NCBI GenBank assembly: GCA_037127835.1
Contig: JBAXXS010000003.1
Coordinates: 1 to 47,682, forward strand
Origin: Verrucomicrobiota bacterium
Lineage (GTDB): Bacteria > Verrucomicrobiota > Verrucomicrobiia > Chthoniobacterales > UBA6821
Length of the DNA: 47,682 nt
Direction: 5' to 3'
Shown here: piece by piece, positions 9,942 to 18,934 of the stretch
How the letters are laid out: each line of letters starts with the position of its first letter
How positions within the stretch are numbered: position 1 is the stretch's first letter
The notes under the pieces: generated by a model
Told to the model about the DNA's origin: nothing
Seen by the model: only the letters and a program-made list of their open reading frames with translations
The model's database searches: none
Made by a program: the position numbers and the translations under genes

Positions 9942-11743
9942 ACAGCGCGGGTGATGCCGCCGCCAAAACGGTAGGACTACTCTGCTACGCGGCCGATCTT
10001 TTCTCCTACGCACGACGTCCCAGTCGTGAAGTGATCATCGGAGGCTTGGGCTTTGGGGGTGCCAACCCGATACGGATCCAGTCGATGATCACCAGCGACA
10101 CGATGAACACGGAGGCCTGTGTCCGGGAAACGCTGCGACTGGTCGAGGTGGGCTGTGAAATGGTTCGCATCACGGCACCGACCGTGAAGGATGCCGCCAA
10201 TCTAAAGAACATCCGGGCCGAACTGAATGCGCGTGGTTGCACTATTCCCGTTGTGGCAGACATCCATTTCAAACCGGAAGCGGCGATGGAGGCTGCTCTT
10301 TGGGTGGAGAAGGTCCGGATTAATCCCGGGAACTTCGCCGACTCGAAGAAATTCAACGTGCGGGATTACACGGATCAGGAATATGCCGCAGAACTGGAGC
10401 GCATCCGCGAGCGCTTCACGCCGCTTGTCATTCTCTGCAAGGAGCGTGGGGTAGCCCTGAGGATCGGAACCAACCATGGCTCGCTTAGCGACCGGATCAT
10501 GAATCGCTTCGGCGATTCCCCGCTAGGCATGGTGGAGAGTGCCCTAGAGTTTGCACGGATCGCACGGGACCTAGATTTTCATCAGATGATCTTCTCAATG
10601 AAGGCCTCTAATCCGAAAGTCATGATCGCCGCCTACCGTCTGCTTGTGGCCAGACTGAATGCGGAGGGACCGGACTGGAACTATCCCATCCATCTCGGTG
10701 TGACCGAGGCGGGTGATGGTGAGGATGGGCGTATCAAGAGCGCCATCGGCATCGGATCGCTTCTCTCGGACGGGATCGGCGATACCATCCGCGTCTCGCT
10801 GACAGAGGATAGCGAGTATGAAATCCCTGTGGCGCGTGCCTTGGTGGCTCCGTTTGAATCACGAACTGCAGCCGTCTCCCCGGTTTCCGGAATCAAGGCG
10901 AACTGGCCGCTATTCGACTACCAAAGACGCTCTTCCGAACGGATTGTCCTGGAGGGCATCACTCGGCCGATCGCTCTAGGAGGAACGGAAACGGTCGCCG
11001 TTACTGTCCCGCGTCGTGTCGATGAGGGCGTTGCCCACAAGCGTGATGCTCTCGGCGACTACAAGCCGGAACTGATCCTTGAAGACTTGTTACTAGTGGA
11101 AGTGGACCCCCTCTCTCTGGAAGAGATCGCCGCAGTGAATGCTGTTTCGGTGCCACGCCTTATCACGGTGCGCGATGGTGTTGCGCTGGATCCTATCGTT
11201 GCTTTCCGACTGCTTGCTGCACAGATCGATGCCAGACATCCCATTCTGCTGAAAGATATATTCACTCCTACTTCAGGTGGTGAATTTATTGATCATCTTC
11301 TCACTTCAGCAACCGTTCTGGGATCACTGCTTTGCGACGGGATCGGCGATGCCATTCTGCTGCGTACCGAGGATGCTCCGGGGCAATCGCTTCGACTCGC
11401 CTACAACATACTCCAGGCTGCCGGCGTCCGTATTTTCAAGACCGATTATGTTGCCTGCCCCTCCTGTGGCAGAACCCTGTTCAATCTTCAGGAGACCACG
11501 GCACGTATCAAGGCCTCGACCTCTCATCTCAAGGGTGTTCGAATCGCGGTCATGGGCTGCATTGTCAACGGCCCAGGAGAGATGGCAGACGCCGATTTCG
11601 GCTATGTCGGCGGAGCTCCCGGCAAGGTGAACCTCTATGTCGGCAAGCAAGCCGTGAAGTTCAACATTCCCGAATTAGAAGCTGTCGATCGCCTGGTGGA
11701 TTTGATTAAAGAGCACAACAAGTGGGTTGAGAAACCAGCTTAG
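9938..11743 (+). CDS. ispG: (E)-4-hydroxy-3-methylbut-2-enyl-diphosphate synthase, long form with insertion domain
   Basis: PVVADIHF, VRINPGN, RIGTNHGSLS, HLGVTEAG, GIGDTIRVSLT, CPSCGR, MGCIVNGPGE; ATGA overlap with rseP. Confidence 0.97.
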   Translation: MNSAGDAAAKTVGLLCYAADLFSYARRPSREVIIGGLGFGGANPIRIQSMITSDTMNTEACVRETLRLVEVGCEMVRITAPTVKDAANLKNIRAELNARGCTIPVVADIHFKPEAAMEAALWVEKVRINPGNFADSKKFNVRDYTDQEYAAELERIRERFTPLVILCKERGVALRIGTNHGSLSDRIMNRFGDSPLGMVESALEFARIARDLDFHQMIFSMKASNPKVMIAAYRLLVARLNAEGPDWNYPIHLGVTEAGDGEDGRIKSAIGIGSLLSDGIGDTIRVSLTEDSEYEIPVARALVAPFESRTAAVSPVSGIKANWPLFDYQRRSSERIVLEGITRPIALGGTETVAVTVPRRVDEGVAHKRDALGDYKPELILEDLLLVEVDPLSLEEIAAVNAVSVPRLITVRDGVALDPIVAFRLLAAQIDARHPILLKDIFTPTSGGEFIDHLLTSATVLGSLLCDGIGDAILLRTEDAPGQSLRLAYNILQAAGVRIFKTDYVACPSCGRTLFNLQETTARIKASTSHLKGVRIAVMGCIVNGPGEMADADFGYVGGAPGKVNLYVGKQAVKFNIPELEAVDRLVDLIKEHNKWVEKPA

Positions 11744-11754
11744 GCTCTCTTTCT

Positions 11755-12312
11755 CTAGCGAGAGGCCGGTGGCAGGGGACAAATGCCTCCGGCGGGGAAG
11801 ACCGGTTCAGGTGGCGGGGTGCGGAACCAGGATTTGATCTCGTTCATCATGCGCCTAATATGTCGGTAGGAACGGACGCAGACCATCTTGCGGTAGCTCT
11901 TCCAAGGATTCCCCCAGTGAAGGATCTCAATCGTGACGCGGCGGACCCCCCAGGCACGCATTTCCCTTTTTGTGGGCTTATACAGATCGATGGTATTCAC
12001 ACCCGAGAGGGCGAAGCCGTAGTCATCGACTTCATAAAGCTCACCCGTGGCCCTGATCCGGAAGATCGTGCCGCAGGGCCAGCGTGCCCAGTCTGCCGCC
12101 GCGCTATTCACAATGCCGCGACGCAGCGTCGTGCCGATCGCTGTTTTGTCTCCGTAACGGATATGGTCACTCTCGCTCTGGGTGTAAGCGGTGGTACGAA
12201 CTTTCTGAACGGCGGCACGCCGTAGCGGCGGTTCGTAGCGCGGAAGAGGATGAAGACAGCCGCCCAGAATGAGTGGGAGAAGCAGGAAGAGAAATAAGCA
12301 CAGACGCTTCAT
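11755..12312 (-). CDS. 3D (Asp-Asp-Asp) domain lipoprotein, probable cell-wall enzyme
   Basis: Lipobox-like LILGGC; TTAY, TAIGT, AAADW, VDDYG and IDLY...WG match the 3D/MltA-like domain pattern. Confidence 0.8.
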   Translation of the reverse strand: MKRLCLFLFLLLPLILGGCLHPLPRYEPPLRRAAVQKVRTTAYTQSESDHIRYGDKTAIGTTLRRGIVNSAAADWARWPCGTIFRIRATGELYEVDDYGFALSGVNTIDLYKPTKREMRAWGVRRVTIEILHWGNPWKSYRKMVCVRSYRHIRRMMNEIKSWFRTPPPEPVFPAGGICPLPPASR

Positions 12313-12349
12313 GAGAATGTTTCTTCGCAGAATGGAGATAAGGAATCCA

Positions 12350-12435
12350 ATGATTAATCAGGAACTCCTTAAATCAGGAAAATGAAATTAACTCACTGCA
12401 GGAAAATCTCCCGCAGAGGCGCAGAGGCGCGGAGA
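12350..12435. repeat. Intergenic repeat cluster: a 31-bp unit shared with 47381-47411 plus a cgcagagg tandem
   Basis: atgattaatcaggaactccttaaatcaggaa versus atgattaatctggaactcaggaactcaggaa (26/31 identical by eye); cgcagagg-cgcagagg-cgcggaga at 12412-12435. Confidence 0.7.
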
Positions 12436-12513
12436 AAAAATCGCCGACCCATGTTCCGAAATTGCCACACGGATTGGCTAGGCAGAATGGGTGGGCTTCT
12501 CTAGAAATTCTCC

Positions 12514-13914
12514 ATGCTCAATCCGATCGACTTGAAAGCAAATAAGAAGGCCTTCGAGATCAACATGTCCAAGACGATCTATGGCACCTTCGCCGAGATC
12601 GGGGCAGGCCAGGAAGTTGCCCGGCGTTTCTTCCATGTCGGCGGTGCCGCTGGGACTGTCGCCAAAACGATCTCTGCCTATGACATGACCTTCTCGGATG
12701 CGATCTACGGGAAGAGCACGCGTTTCGTCAGTCGTCAGCGCTTGGGTGAGATGCTGGACCATGAGTACGATCTGCTGATCGAGCGTCTGGACGAGAAGGT
12801 CGGAGCGGAGCGCACCTTCTTTGCCTTTGCCGATACCGTAGCGGCAAGGTCCTACAAGACGCTGAATGAATCGCACGGCTGGATGGGAATCCGCTTCCAG
12901 GGCCATCCCCGCACTCAGCCCAATGAAATCATCATGCATGTCCGTATGCTGGATCCTCATAACCTCGAGCAGCAGGAGGCACTGGGTATTGTCGGTCTGA
13001 ACCTGATCTACGGGGCATTTTTCCTTCGCAAGGATCTGAAAAAATTCATCGCTTCACTCCTGGATGATCTCGAGTCAACGCGTATCGAGATCGACATGAT
13101 CCGCTTCTCGGGACCTGATTTCGCGATGGTTGACAACCGGATCATGTGTCTGGAACTGGTCACTCAGGGCCTTGCCCAGGCCGTGCTTTTCCGTCCCGAT
13201 GGCGAAGTGGTGCAGGCGGCGGATGCCTTTTATCACAAGCCCCTCATCATCGAGCGGGGCAGTTTCCGCCCGGTCACCAATGTCGCTTACGACATGCTCG
13301 AGTGCGGGCACTCGATGTTCCTGATGGAGGAGGAACTGAACGGCGAGAAGCCCGAAATCATCCTGGAAATTACGATGAGGAATCTGATGAGCGGCGGGGA
13401 ACTCGACCTGCAGGATTTCCTGGACCGCGTCGACATGCTCGGCGCTCTGGGGCAGACGGTGCTCATTTCCAATTACGGCGAGTTCTACCGTCTGATTCAG
13501 TATTTGCGACGCTACACTGACCGTGCGATAGGGATGCCGCTAGGCATTCCGAGTCTCCACGAGATCTTCGACGAGAAATACTACACCAATCTGGACGGAG
13601 GCATTCTCGAGGGTCTTGGGCGGCTCTTCAAGAAGGGGGTGCGTCTCTATGTCTATCCCACCAAGGATGAGAAGGGGCACATCATCGAAGCCGCCTCCTA
13701 CAAGGTCGATCCGAGCCTCCGGGCGTTGTATTCCTACCTGATTGAGAATCGCTTCATCGTTCCGATGGCCGGCTGCAAGCTCGATTATCTGGGCATCGAC
13801 TCAGCCCAGGCCCTGAAAAAGCTTCAAGAGGGCGATCCTTGCTGGGAGCAGATGGTTCCTCCCAAGGTGGCCGAGATCATCAAGAGCCGTAAGTTCTTTG
13901 GTTGGAAGGGGTGA
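12514..13914 (+). CDS. Conserved cytoplasmic protein with a degenerate nucleotidyltransferase-like (NadD/NMNAT-like) C-terminal half
   Basis: Conserved-looking YGTFAEIGAGQEVAR...SAYDMTFSDAIYG; RGSFRPVT resembles GSFxPxHxGH without the histidines; ends WEQMVPPKVAEIIK like NadD/CoaD tails. No signal peptide. Confidence 0.6.
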   Translation: MLNPIDLKANKKAFEINMSKTIYGTFAEIGAGQEVARRFFHVGGAAGTVAKTISAYDMTFSDAIYGKSTRFVSRQRLGEMLDHEYDLLIERLDEKVGAERTFFAFADTVAARSYKTLNESHGWMGIRFQGHPRTQPNEIIMHVRMLDPHNLEQQEALGIVGLNLIYGAFFLRKDLKKFIASLLDDLESTRIEIDMIRFSGPDFAMVDNRIMCLELVTQGLAQAVLFRPDGEVVQAADAFYHKPLIIERGSFRPVTNVAYDMLECGHSMFLMEEELNGEKPEIILEITMRNLMSGGELDLQDFLDRVDMLGALGQTVLISNYGEFYRLIQYLRRYTDRAIGMPLGIPSLHEIFDEKYYTNLDGGILEGLGRLFKKGVRLYVYPTKDEKGHIIEAASYKVDPSLRALYSYLIENRFIVPMAGCKLDYLGIDSAQALKKLQEGDPCWEQMVPPKVAEIIKSRKFFGWKG

Positions 13915-14047
13915 TTTGGGGAAGGGTGGAAGCGTGAAGCAGTCTCCCCGAGAGAAAAAGGCGAAGATACACCTCCGCTCCTTTAGTTCTTAACCTTTCA
14001 ACGGTTCAACCCTATCACCCTCGGCCTTCTCTCCGATCCCCTATTAC

Positions 14048-14821
14048 CTACCTCACAATGCCGCGTTCGCTTGCCGCGATGAATTCTGCAAGAAGGGTGA
14101 CAAGCGCCGAGGAAGCGAACTGAGACCTGAGCGCTTCCAGTCCCTGACTGGTATTGAGATTGCTCCGGAAGATCACCTTGTAGGCCTCGCGTAGCTCGCG
14201 GATCTCCTCTTGGTTGAACCCACGGCGTTCAAGGCCCACATGGTTCACCCCGCGGATCTCGGCCGGATTCCCGTCGGCGATCAAGAAGGGAGGGAGATCC
14301 TGCACGATCTTGGTGCAGCCTCCCACGATGGCATGGGCGCCGATGCGGCAGAACTGATGGACGCCGCTGAGTCCGCCGATCACCGCATGATCCCCGACAA
14401 CAACATGGCCGGCCAGGGTGCCGTTATTGGAAAAGACGACATCATCCCCGACCACGCAGTCGTGGGCGATGTGAGAGTATGCCAGGAAGTTGCCGCGGCT
14501 GCCGATGCGCGTGACGCCGTCCGGTGCGGTGGCCCGGTGAACCGTCGTGAATTCGCGGAAGCAGTTATCGTCACCGATCTCGAGGTAGGTCGGCTCACGC
14601 GCGTATTTGAGATCCTGACTGCGATGGCCGATGCAGGAGTAGGGGTAGAATCTGTTGCCGTTGCCGACTGTCGTGGGACCGTCGATGGTGACATGGGCCT
14701 TCAACTCGCATTGTTCACCGATGACAACGCCGGCACCGATGATGCAGTAGGGACCAACGGTGCTTGATTGACCGATTTTGGCCGTCGTATCGATAATGGC
14801 TGTGGGATGAATGCGTGCCAC
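14048..14821 (-). CDS. lpxA: Acyl-ACP--UDP-N-acetylglucosamine O-acyltransferase
   Basis: IHPTAII, hexapeptide repeats, QDLKY, HIAHDC, VHQFCRIG. Confidence 0.97.
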   Translation of the reverse strand: MARIHPTAIIDTTAKIGQSSTVGPYCIIGAGVVIGEQCELKAHVTIDGPTTVGNGNRFYPYSCIGHRSQDLKYAREPTYLEIGDDNCFREFTTVHRATAPDGVTRIGSRGNFLAYSHIAHDCVVGDDVVFSNNGTLAGHVVVGDHAVIGGLSGVHQFCRIGAHAIVGGCTKIVQDLPPFLIADGNPAEIRGVNHVGLERRGFNQEEIRELREAYKVIFRSNLNTSQGLEALRSQFASSALVTLLAEFIAASERGIVR

Positions 14822-14830
14822 GGCTGACTT

Positions 14831-16135
14831 CTATTTATTGATGATGCCGAAGAGGAGAACGCCTTCGCTCACCACATCCCCGTTCACGACGCACTTGCAG
14901 GAGGCTTTGCCCAGATTCTTTCGCGCCTTGAGCATCTCGACATGGATGAAGAGTGTGTCACCGGGGAAAACGGGCTTACGGAACTTCACCTCGTCGGCAC
15001 TCATGAAGTAACCGATCTTTCCGGTATTCTCGCTCTTGCGCATCATGACGATGGATGCGACTTGGGCCATGGCCTCGAGCTGAAGGACTCCCGGCATCAC
15101 GGGGTGGCCCGGGAAATGACCCTGGAAGAAGGGCTCGTTGATCGAGACACACTTGACGCCAACGGCCTTGGTCTCACCGTCGAATTCCACCACGCGGTCC
15201 ACCATCAGGAAGGGATAGCGGTGGGGTAGGACACGCATCACCTCGTTGATATCCATCACCGGTGCCGACGAGGTCACCGGTGTGGGAGCCATGGCCAGAA
15301 GGTCGCTGTGGCGCTTGGCGATGGCGCGCGCAAGTTCCGTATTGGGCCCATGGCCGGGACGGACGGCAACGACATGACCTCTCAGGGGACGTCCTGCAAG
15401 AGCCAGATCGCCGATGATATCGAGGATCTTATGCCGGACGAACTCATCCTGAAACCGAAGCGGTTCTTTGCTGAGAACGGATTCGCCACGGATCACGAGG
15501 GCATTCTCCAGACTGCCACCCTTGATAAGGCCCTTTTCCATCAGATCCTTCACATCTTCATAATGAACGAAAGTGCGCGCAGGGGCGATCTCCCGGGCAT
15601 AGACCTCCGGGGTGATCTCCAGGGAGAGGTACTGGGTGAAGCGTCCGTCGTGATTGGCCTGGGTGCAGGAAATCTTGAATCCCGTATGAGGGAAGACCGA
15701 CATGATGGAGCCGCCGCTAGTCTCAAGGTGAATCGGTTGGCCCAGCTCGAAAGGCGCGCGGACAGCCTCTTGGTCGATGATGCCGGCTTCCTGAATCAGT
15801 GTGACATAGGGGGCGGCGCTGCCATCGCCTATCGGAGGCTCATTCGCATCCATCTCAATAAGGGCATTATCGACACCGAGCCCTGCCAGGGCCGAGAGGA
15901 CATGCTCGACGGTCTGGATCTTGGCATTCCCCTGTACGAGAGTGGTGGACCGCTCGACGGTCTTCACATGCTCGACCAGGGCATCCACGATCGGCTCATC
16001 AGGAAGATCCGTCCGGCGGAATTTATAACCATGGCCGACTGGAGCGGAATGGATGGTGAGAGTGACATTGCCTCCGTTGTGGAGGGCGGCGCCGCTGAGG
16101 CTGGCAGACTTCGCAAGAGTGCGCTGGAGTTCCAT
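14831..16135 (-). CDS. lpxC-fabZ: Bifunctional LpxC deacetylase / FabZ dehydratase fusion
   Basis: LpxC motifs TVEHVLSAL and HKILDIIGDL, followed by FabZ motifs LPHRYPFLMVD and FFQGHFPGHPVMPGVLQLEAMAQ. Start moved to MELQRTL (16135). Confidence 0.96.
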   Translation of the reverse strand: MELQRTLAKSASLSGAALHNGGNVTLTIHSAPVGHGYKFRRTDLPDEPIVDALVEHVKTVERSTTLVQGNAKIQTVEHVLSALAGLGVDNALIEMDANEPPIGDGSAAPYVTLIQEAGIIDQEAVRAPFELGQPIHLETSGGSIMSVFPHTGFKISCTQANHDGRFTQYLSLEITPEVYAREIAPARTFVHYEDVKDLMEKGLIKGGSLENALVIRGESVLSKEPLRFQDEFVRHKILDIIGDLALAGRPLRGHVVAVRPGHGPNTELARAIAKRHSDLLAMAPTPVTSSAPVMDINEVMRVLPHRYPFLMVDRVVEFDGETKAVGVKCVSINEPFFQGHFPGHPVMPGVLQLEAMAQVASIVMMRKSENTGKIGYFMSADEVKFRKPVFPGDTLFIHVEMLKARKNLGKASCKCVVNGDVVSEGVLLFGIINK

Positions 16136-16184
16136 GGAAAATCTTCTGTATCTTAAGGTGTTAGGAGGATGATGAAGAGACGAA

Positions 16185-16853
16185 TCAGGTGGCATCCGGA
16201 GTGATGCGTCCATCCTTCATCCTGATACGCCGGTCGGCCAGGGCCGCTACCGAATCGCTGTGGGTTACCATAATGACTGTGGTGGTTCGGCGGGAAGCAA
16301 TCTTTGCAATCACATCGAGGACTTGGGAAGCGTTTTCACTGTCCAGATTCCCCGTCGGTTCATCCGCCAGAAGCAGGGAGGGACCATGGACCAGTCCCCT
16401 GGCAATGGCTGCACGCTGCATCTCGCCTCCGCTGAGCTGGTGGGGGAAGTGCATCGAGCGCTGAGTCATCCCTACCTGATCGAGCATGGCCAGGGCGGCC
16501 TGCCTGACTCCCGAGGAGGGATCGCCCCGGAGCAAGAGGGGCAGCTCGACATTCTCCACAACGGTCATGGAGGGGAGAAGGTTGAAGAACTGGAAGACGA
16601 TCCCCAGCTTTAGCCTCCTGTACTGGGTCAGGGTTTGGTCATTCGCATGCTCCAGGTGGATCCCATCCACGATGACCTCGCCCGAGGTGGGGTGGTCAAG
16701 ACCTCCCAGCAGGTTCAGCAACGTGCTTTTGCCAGAACCGCTTGCCCCGGTGATGGCGAGGAATTCACCGCGCCCGATATCCAGAGAAACCGAGTCGAGT
16801 GCAGTGACTGGAGGTGTGCCGTAGGAGCGGGAGGCTTTGACGAGTTGGATCAT
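16185..16853 (-). CDS. ABC transporter ATP-binding protein (LolD/MacB-like), no adjacent permease
   Basis: Walker A GASGSGKST, LSGGEMQR, LLLADEPTGNLD, VTH. Start moved to MIQLVK (16853). Confidence 0.9.
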   Translation of the reverse strand: MIQLVKASRSYGTPPVTALDSVSLDIGRGEFLAITGASGSGKSTLLNLLGGLDHPTSGEVIVDGIHLEHANDQTLTQYRRLKLGIVFQFFNLLPSMTVVENVELPLLLRGDPSSGVRQAALAMLDQVGMTQRSMHFPHQLSGGEMQRAAIARGLVHGPSLLLADEPTGNLDSENASQVLDVIAKIASRRTTTVIMVTHSDSVAALADRRIRMKDGRITPDAT

Positions 16854-16878
16854 GTTGTTCACAAATGAACGACCAACC

Positions 16879-17655
16879 ATGTCCGAGCAAGCTTCTATAC
16901 CGGCCTCCATGTCCGGCGCTTTCCGAATTCTTGGGGAAACCCCCGATCTGCTGGCCGTGGAGAAGCCCCCTTTCCTGCTCATCCATCCCAGCAAGCCGGG
17001 CGATCCGGTGACGCTCTGGGACCGGCTCAAAGAGCTTCTTGCTTACGAGATCGCCGGAGGAGGTCAGGTCTCCCTGATCAACCGGCTCGACCGTGAGACC
17101 AGCGGCATCGTGCTCGTGGCCAAGAACGCCGCGGCCGCCCGCGTCTGCAGCATGACGATGGCGCGGGGAGAGGTGAAGAAGGAGTACCTGGCCATCGTCA
17201 TGGGATGGCCCGAGATCGATCAATGGGAGATTCGGGAGCCTATCCTCAGGCTGGGCGAAGTTCAGGATGCCCGGATCTGGCTTAAGCGCGGTGTGCACCC
17301 AGGGGGGGCGCCTTCGCATACGGCCTTTCGGGTTCTGAAAAAAATGACGCATCCCGAACGCGGCCCCATCGCCCTTATCCATTGCATTCCTTTTACCGGC
17401 AAGACACATCAGATCCGGATCCATCTGGCCCACTCGGGATATCCCGTGGTGGGCGACAAGATCTACGGGCCTTCCGAGGAATGTTATTTGAAGTTCATCG
17501 AGACCGGCTGGACTGCGGAACTGGCAGCTCAGCTCTGGCTACCACGCCACGCGCTGCACTCCTGCTTACTGGAGATCGATTATCTGGGGCAGAGCCATAA
17601 CTGGATATCACCCCTTGCTGAGGATCTGGCGCAGTGGTTGCAGGCATGTGGTTGA
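16879..17655 (+). CDS. RluA-family pseudouridine synthase
   Basis: VEKP, NRLDRETSG (catalytic Asp), TGKTHQIRIHL, PVVGDKIYG, LH. Start is 16879 or 16909. Confidence 0.93.
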   Translation: MSEQASIPASMSGAFRILGETPDLLAVEKPPFLLIHPSKPGDPVTLWDRLKELLAYEIAGGGQVSLINRLDRETSGIVLVAKNAAAARVCSMTMARGEVKKEYLAIVMGWPEIDQWEIREPILRLGEVQDARIWLKRGVHPGGAPSHTAFRVLKKMTHPERGPIALIHCIPFTGKTHQIRIHLAHSGYPVVGDKIYGPSEECYLKFIETGWTAELAAQLWLPRHALHSCLLEIDYLGQSHNWISPLAEDLAQWLQACG

Positions 17656-17717
17656 AGACCACCGTCAAATGCACGTTTGACCGCCCCTCTCTGATAAACT
17701 CTAATGTCATCTCCTCC

Positions 17718-18902
17718 ATGACGCTCCCTCGTTTTTCCATCTTCCGTTGGCTGCCTTGGATACTGTTGCTGTTCGGGATCGGCACTTTCCTGAAGTGGCA
17801 AAGCGCAGCTCCGCCCGTGAACTACATCACCGGCACAATTGTACGGGGCACCCTTGAGGACGCTGTTTCTGCAACGGGAACCCTTCAAGCCAAGGAATAT
17901 GTCGATATCGGCGCTCAGGTCTCGGGAATCCTTCAGAAAATCCATATCCAGATCGGCCAGACTGTGAAGAAGGGGGATCTGCTTGCCGAGATCGATCCTA
18001 CCCTGTTTCAGGCCCAGGTCGTTCAGGGTGAAGCGACTCTCGACAACTTGGACGCCCAGATGGATGCCGCCAAGGCGACGCTAACATTGGCCGAGCAGCG
18101 ACTCACCAGGAACAAAAACCTGCTTAAGAGCGATGCAGTCAGTCAGGACGAGCTGAACTCTTCGCAGGCAGACTACTCACGCGCCCAGGCTGAAATCGAA
18201 GCCCTGAGTGCCCAGATCGACAAGGCCAAGGGTAGTCTCGATGCCACGAAGGCCCAACTTGATCACACCAAGATTTACGCGCCGATCGACGGAAGCGTGA
18301 CCCAGATCCAGGCTCGAGAAGGCCAGACACTTAATGCCAGCCAAACGGCACCGATTCTCTTCCGGTTGGCTAACCTCGATACGATGAGAGTTCAGGCCCA
18401 AGTTTCAGAGGCTGATATCGAGCGGATCCACACCGGGATGCCCGTCTATTTCACAACGCTCGGCGATCCCGACACCCATCATGACAGTACGGTGGGGGTT
18501 ATCACTTCCTCCTCGCTCAACACCACTCCCCCGGTCTTTTACAACACGATTTTCGACGTTCCCAATGACAAGCATACCCTTCTGCCCGACATGACGGCCC
18601 AGGTCTACTTCCCCCTGGTCTCCAGGACCAATGCCCTGATCATGCCGCTTGCGGCTCTTGATTATGCGAAGCATCAATTGCCGCTTTCGGAGCAGCACTC
18701 GTCGTCCAAAGGAAAAAAAGCCAAGCAGACAAAGATATTTTTCCTTGGCGACAACGACAAAGCGGAAGTGGTCGAGGTCACGCTCGGGATCCGTAACCGG
18801 GTTTCTGCGGAAGTCATCTCGGGTCTCTCAGAGGGGGACGAGGTGATCACCGGACCGATGGATCTGGGGCCGCAGTCACGGCCCAGGGTGATGATCCACT
18901 GA
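17718..18902 (+). CDS. macA: MacA-like periplasmic adaptor (membrane fusion protein)
   Basis: N-terminal TM segment, VDIGAQVSG, GQTVKKGDLLAEID, coiled coil, IYAPIDG, VSEADI. Start moved to MTLPRF. Confidence 0.9.
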   Translation: MTLPRFSIFRWLPWILLLFGIGTFLKWQSAAPPVNYITGTIVRGTLEDAVSATGTLQAKEYVDIGAQVSGILQKIHIQIGQTVKKGDLLAEIDPTLFQAQVVQGEATLDNLDAQMDAAKATLTLAEQRLTRNKNLLKSDAVSQDELNSSQADYSRAQAEIEALSAQIDKAKGSLDATKAQLDHTKIYAPIDGSVTQIQAREGQTLNASQTAPILFRLANLDTMRVQAQVSEADIERIHTGMPVYFTTLGDPDTHHDSTVGVITSSSLNTTPPVFYNTIFDVPNDKHTLLPDMTAQVYFPLVSRTNALIMPLAALDYAKHQLPLSEQHSSSKGKKAKQTKIFFLGDNDKAEVVEVTLGIRNRVSAEVISGLSEGDEVITGPMDLGPQSRPRVMIH

Positions 18903-18934
18903 GCTTCCCCCCGTCGTCTTCCAACGCCTGCTTA

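Noticed and set aside
16854-17030. N-terminal extensions in the ORF track (ABC ATPase, and likewise lpxC, macA, TolC, cdaA, ThrC-like)
   Set aside because: They overlap neighbouring genes or leaders and precede the recognisable family start, so downstream ATGs were used.
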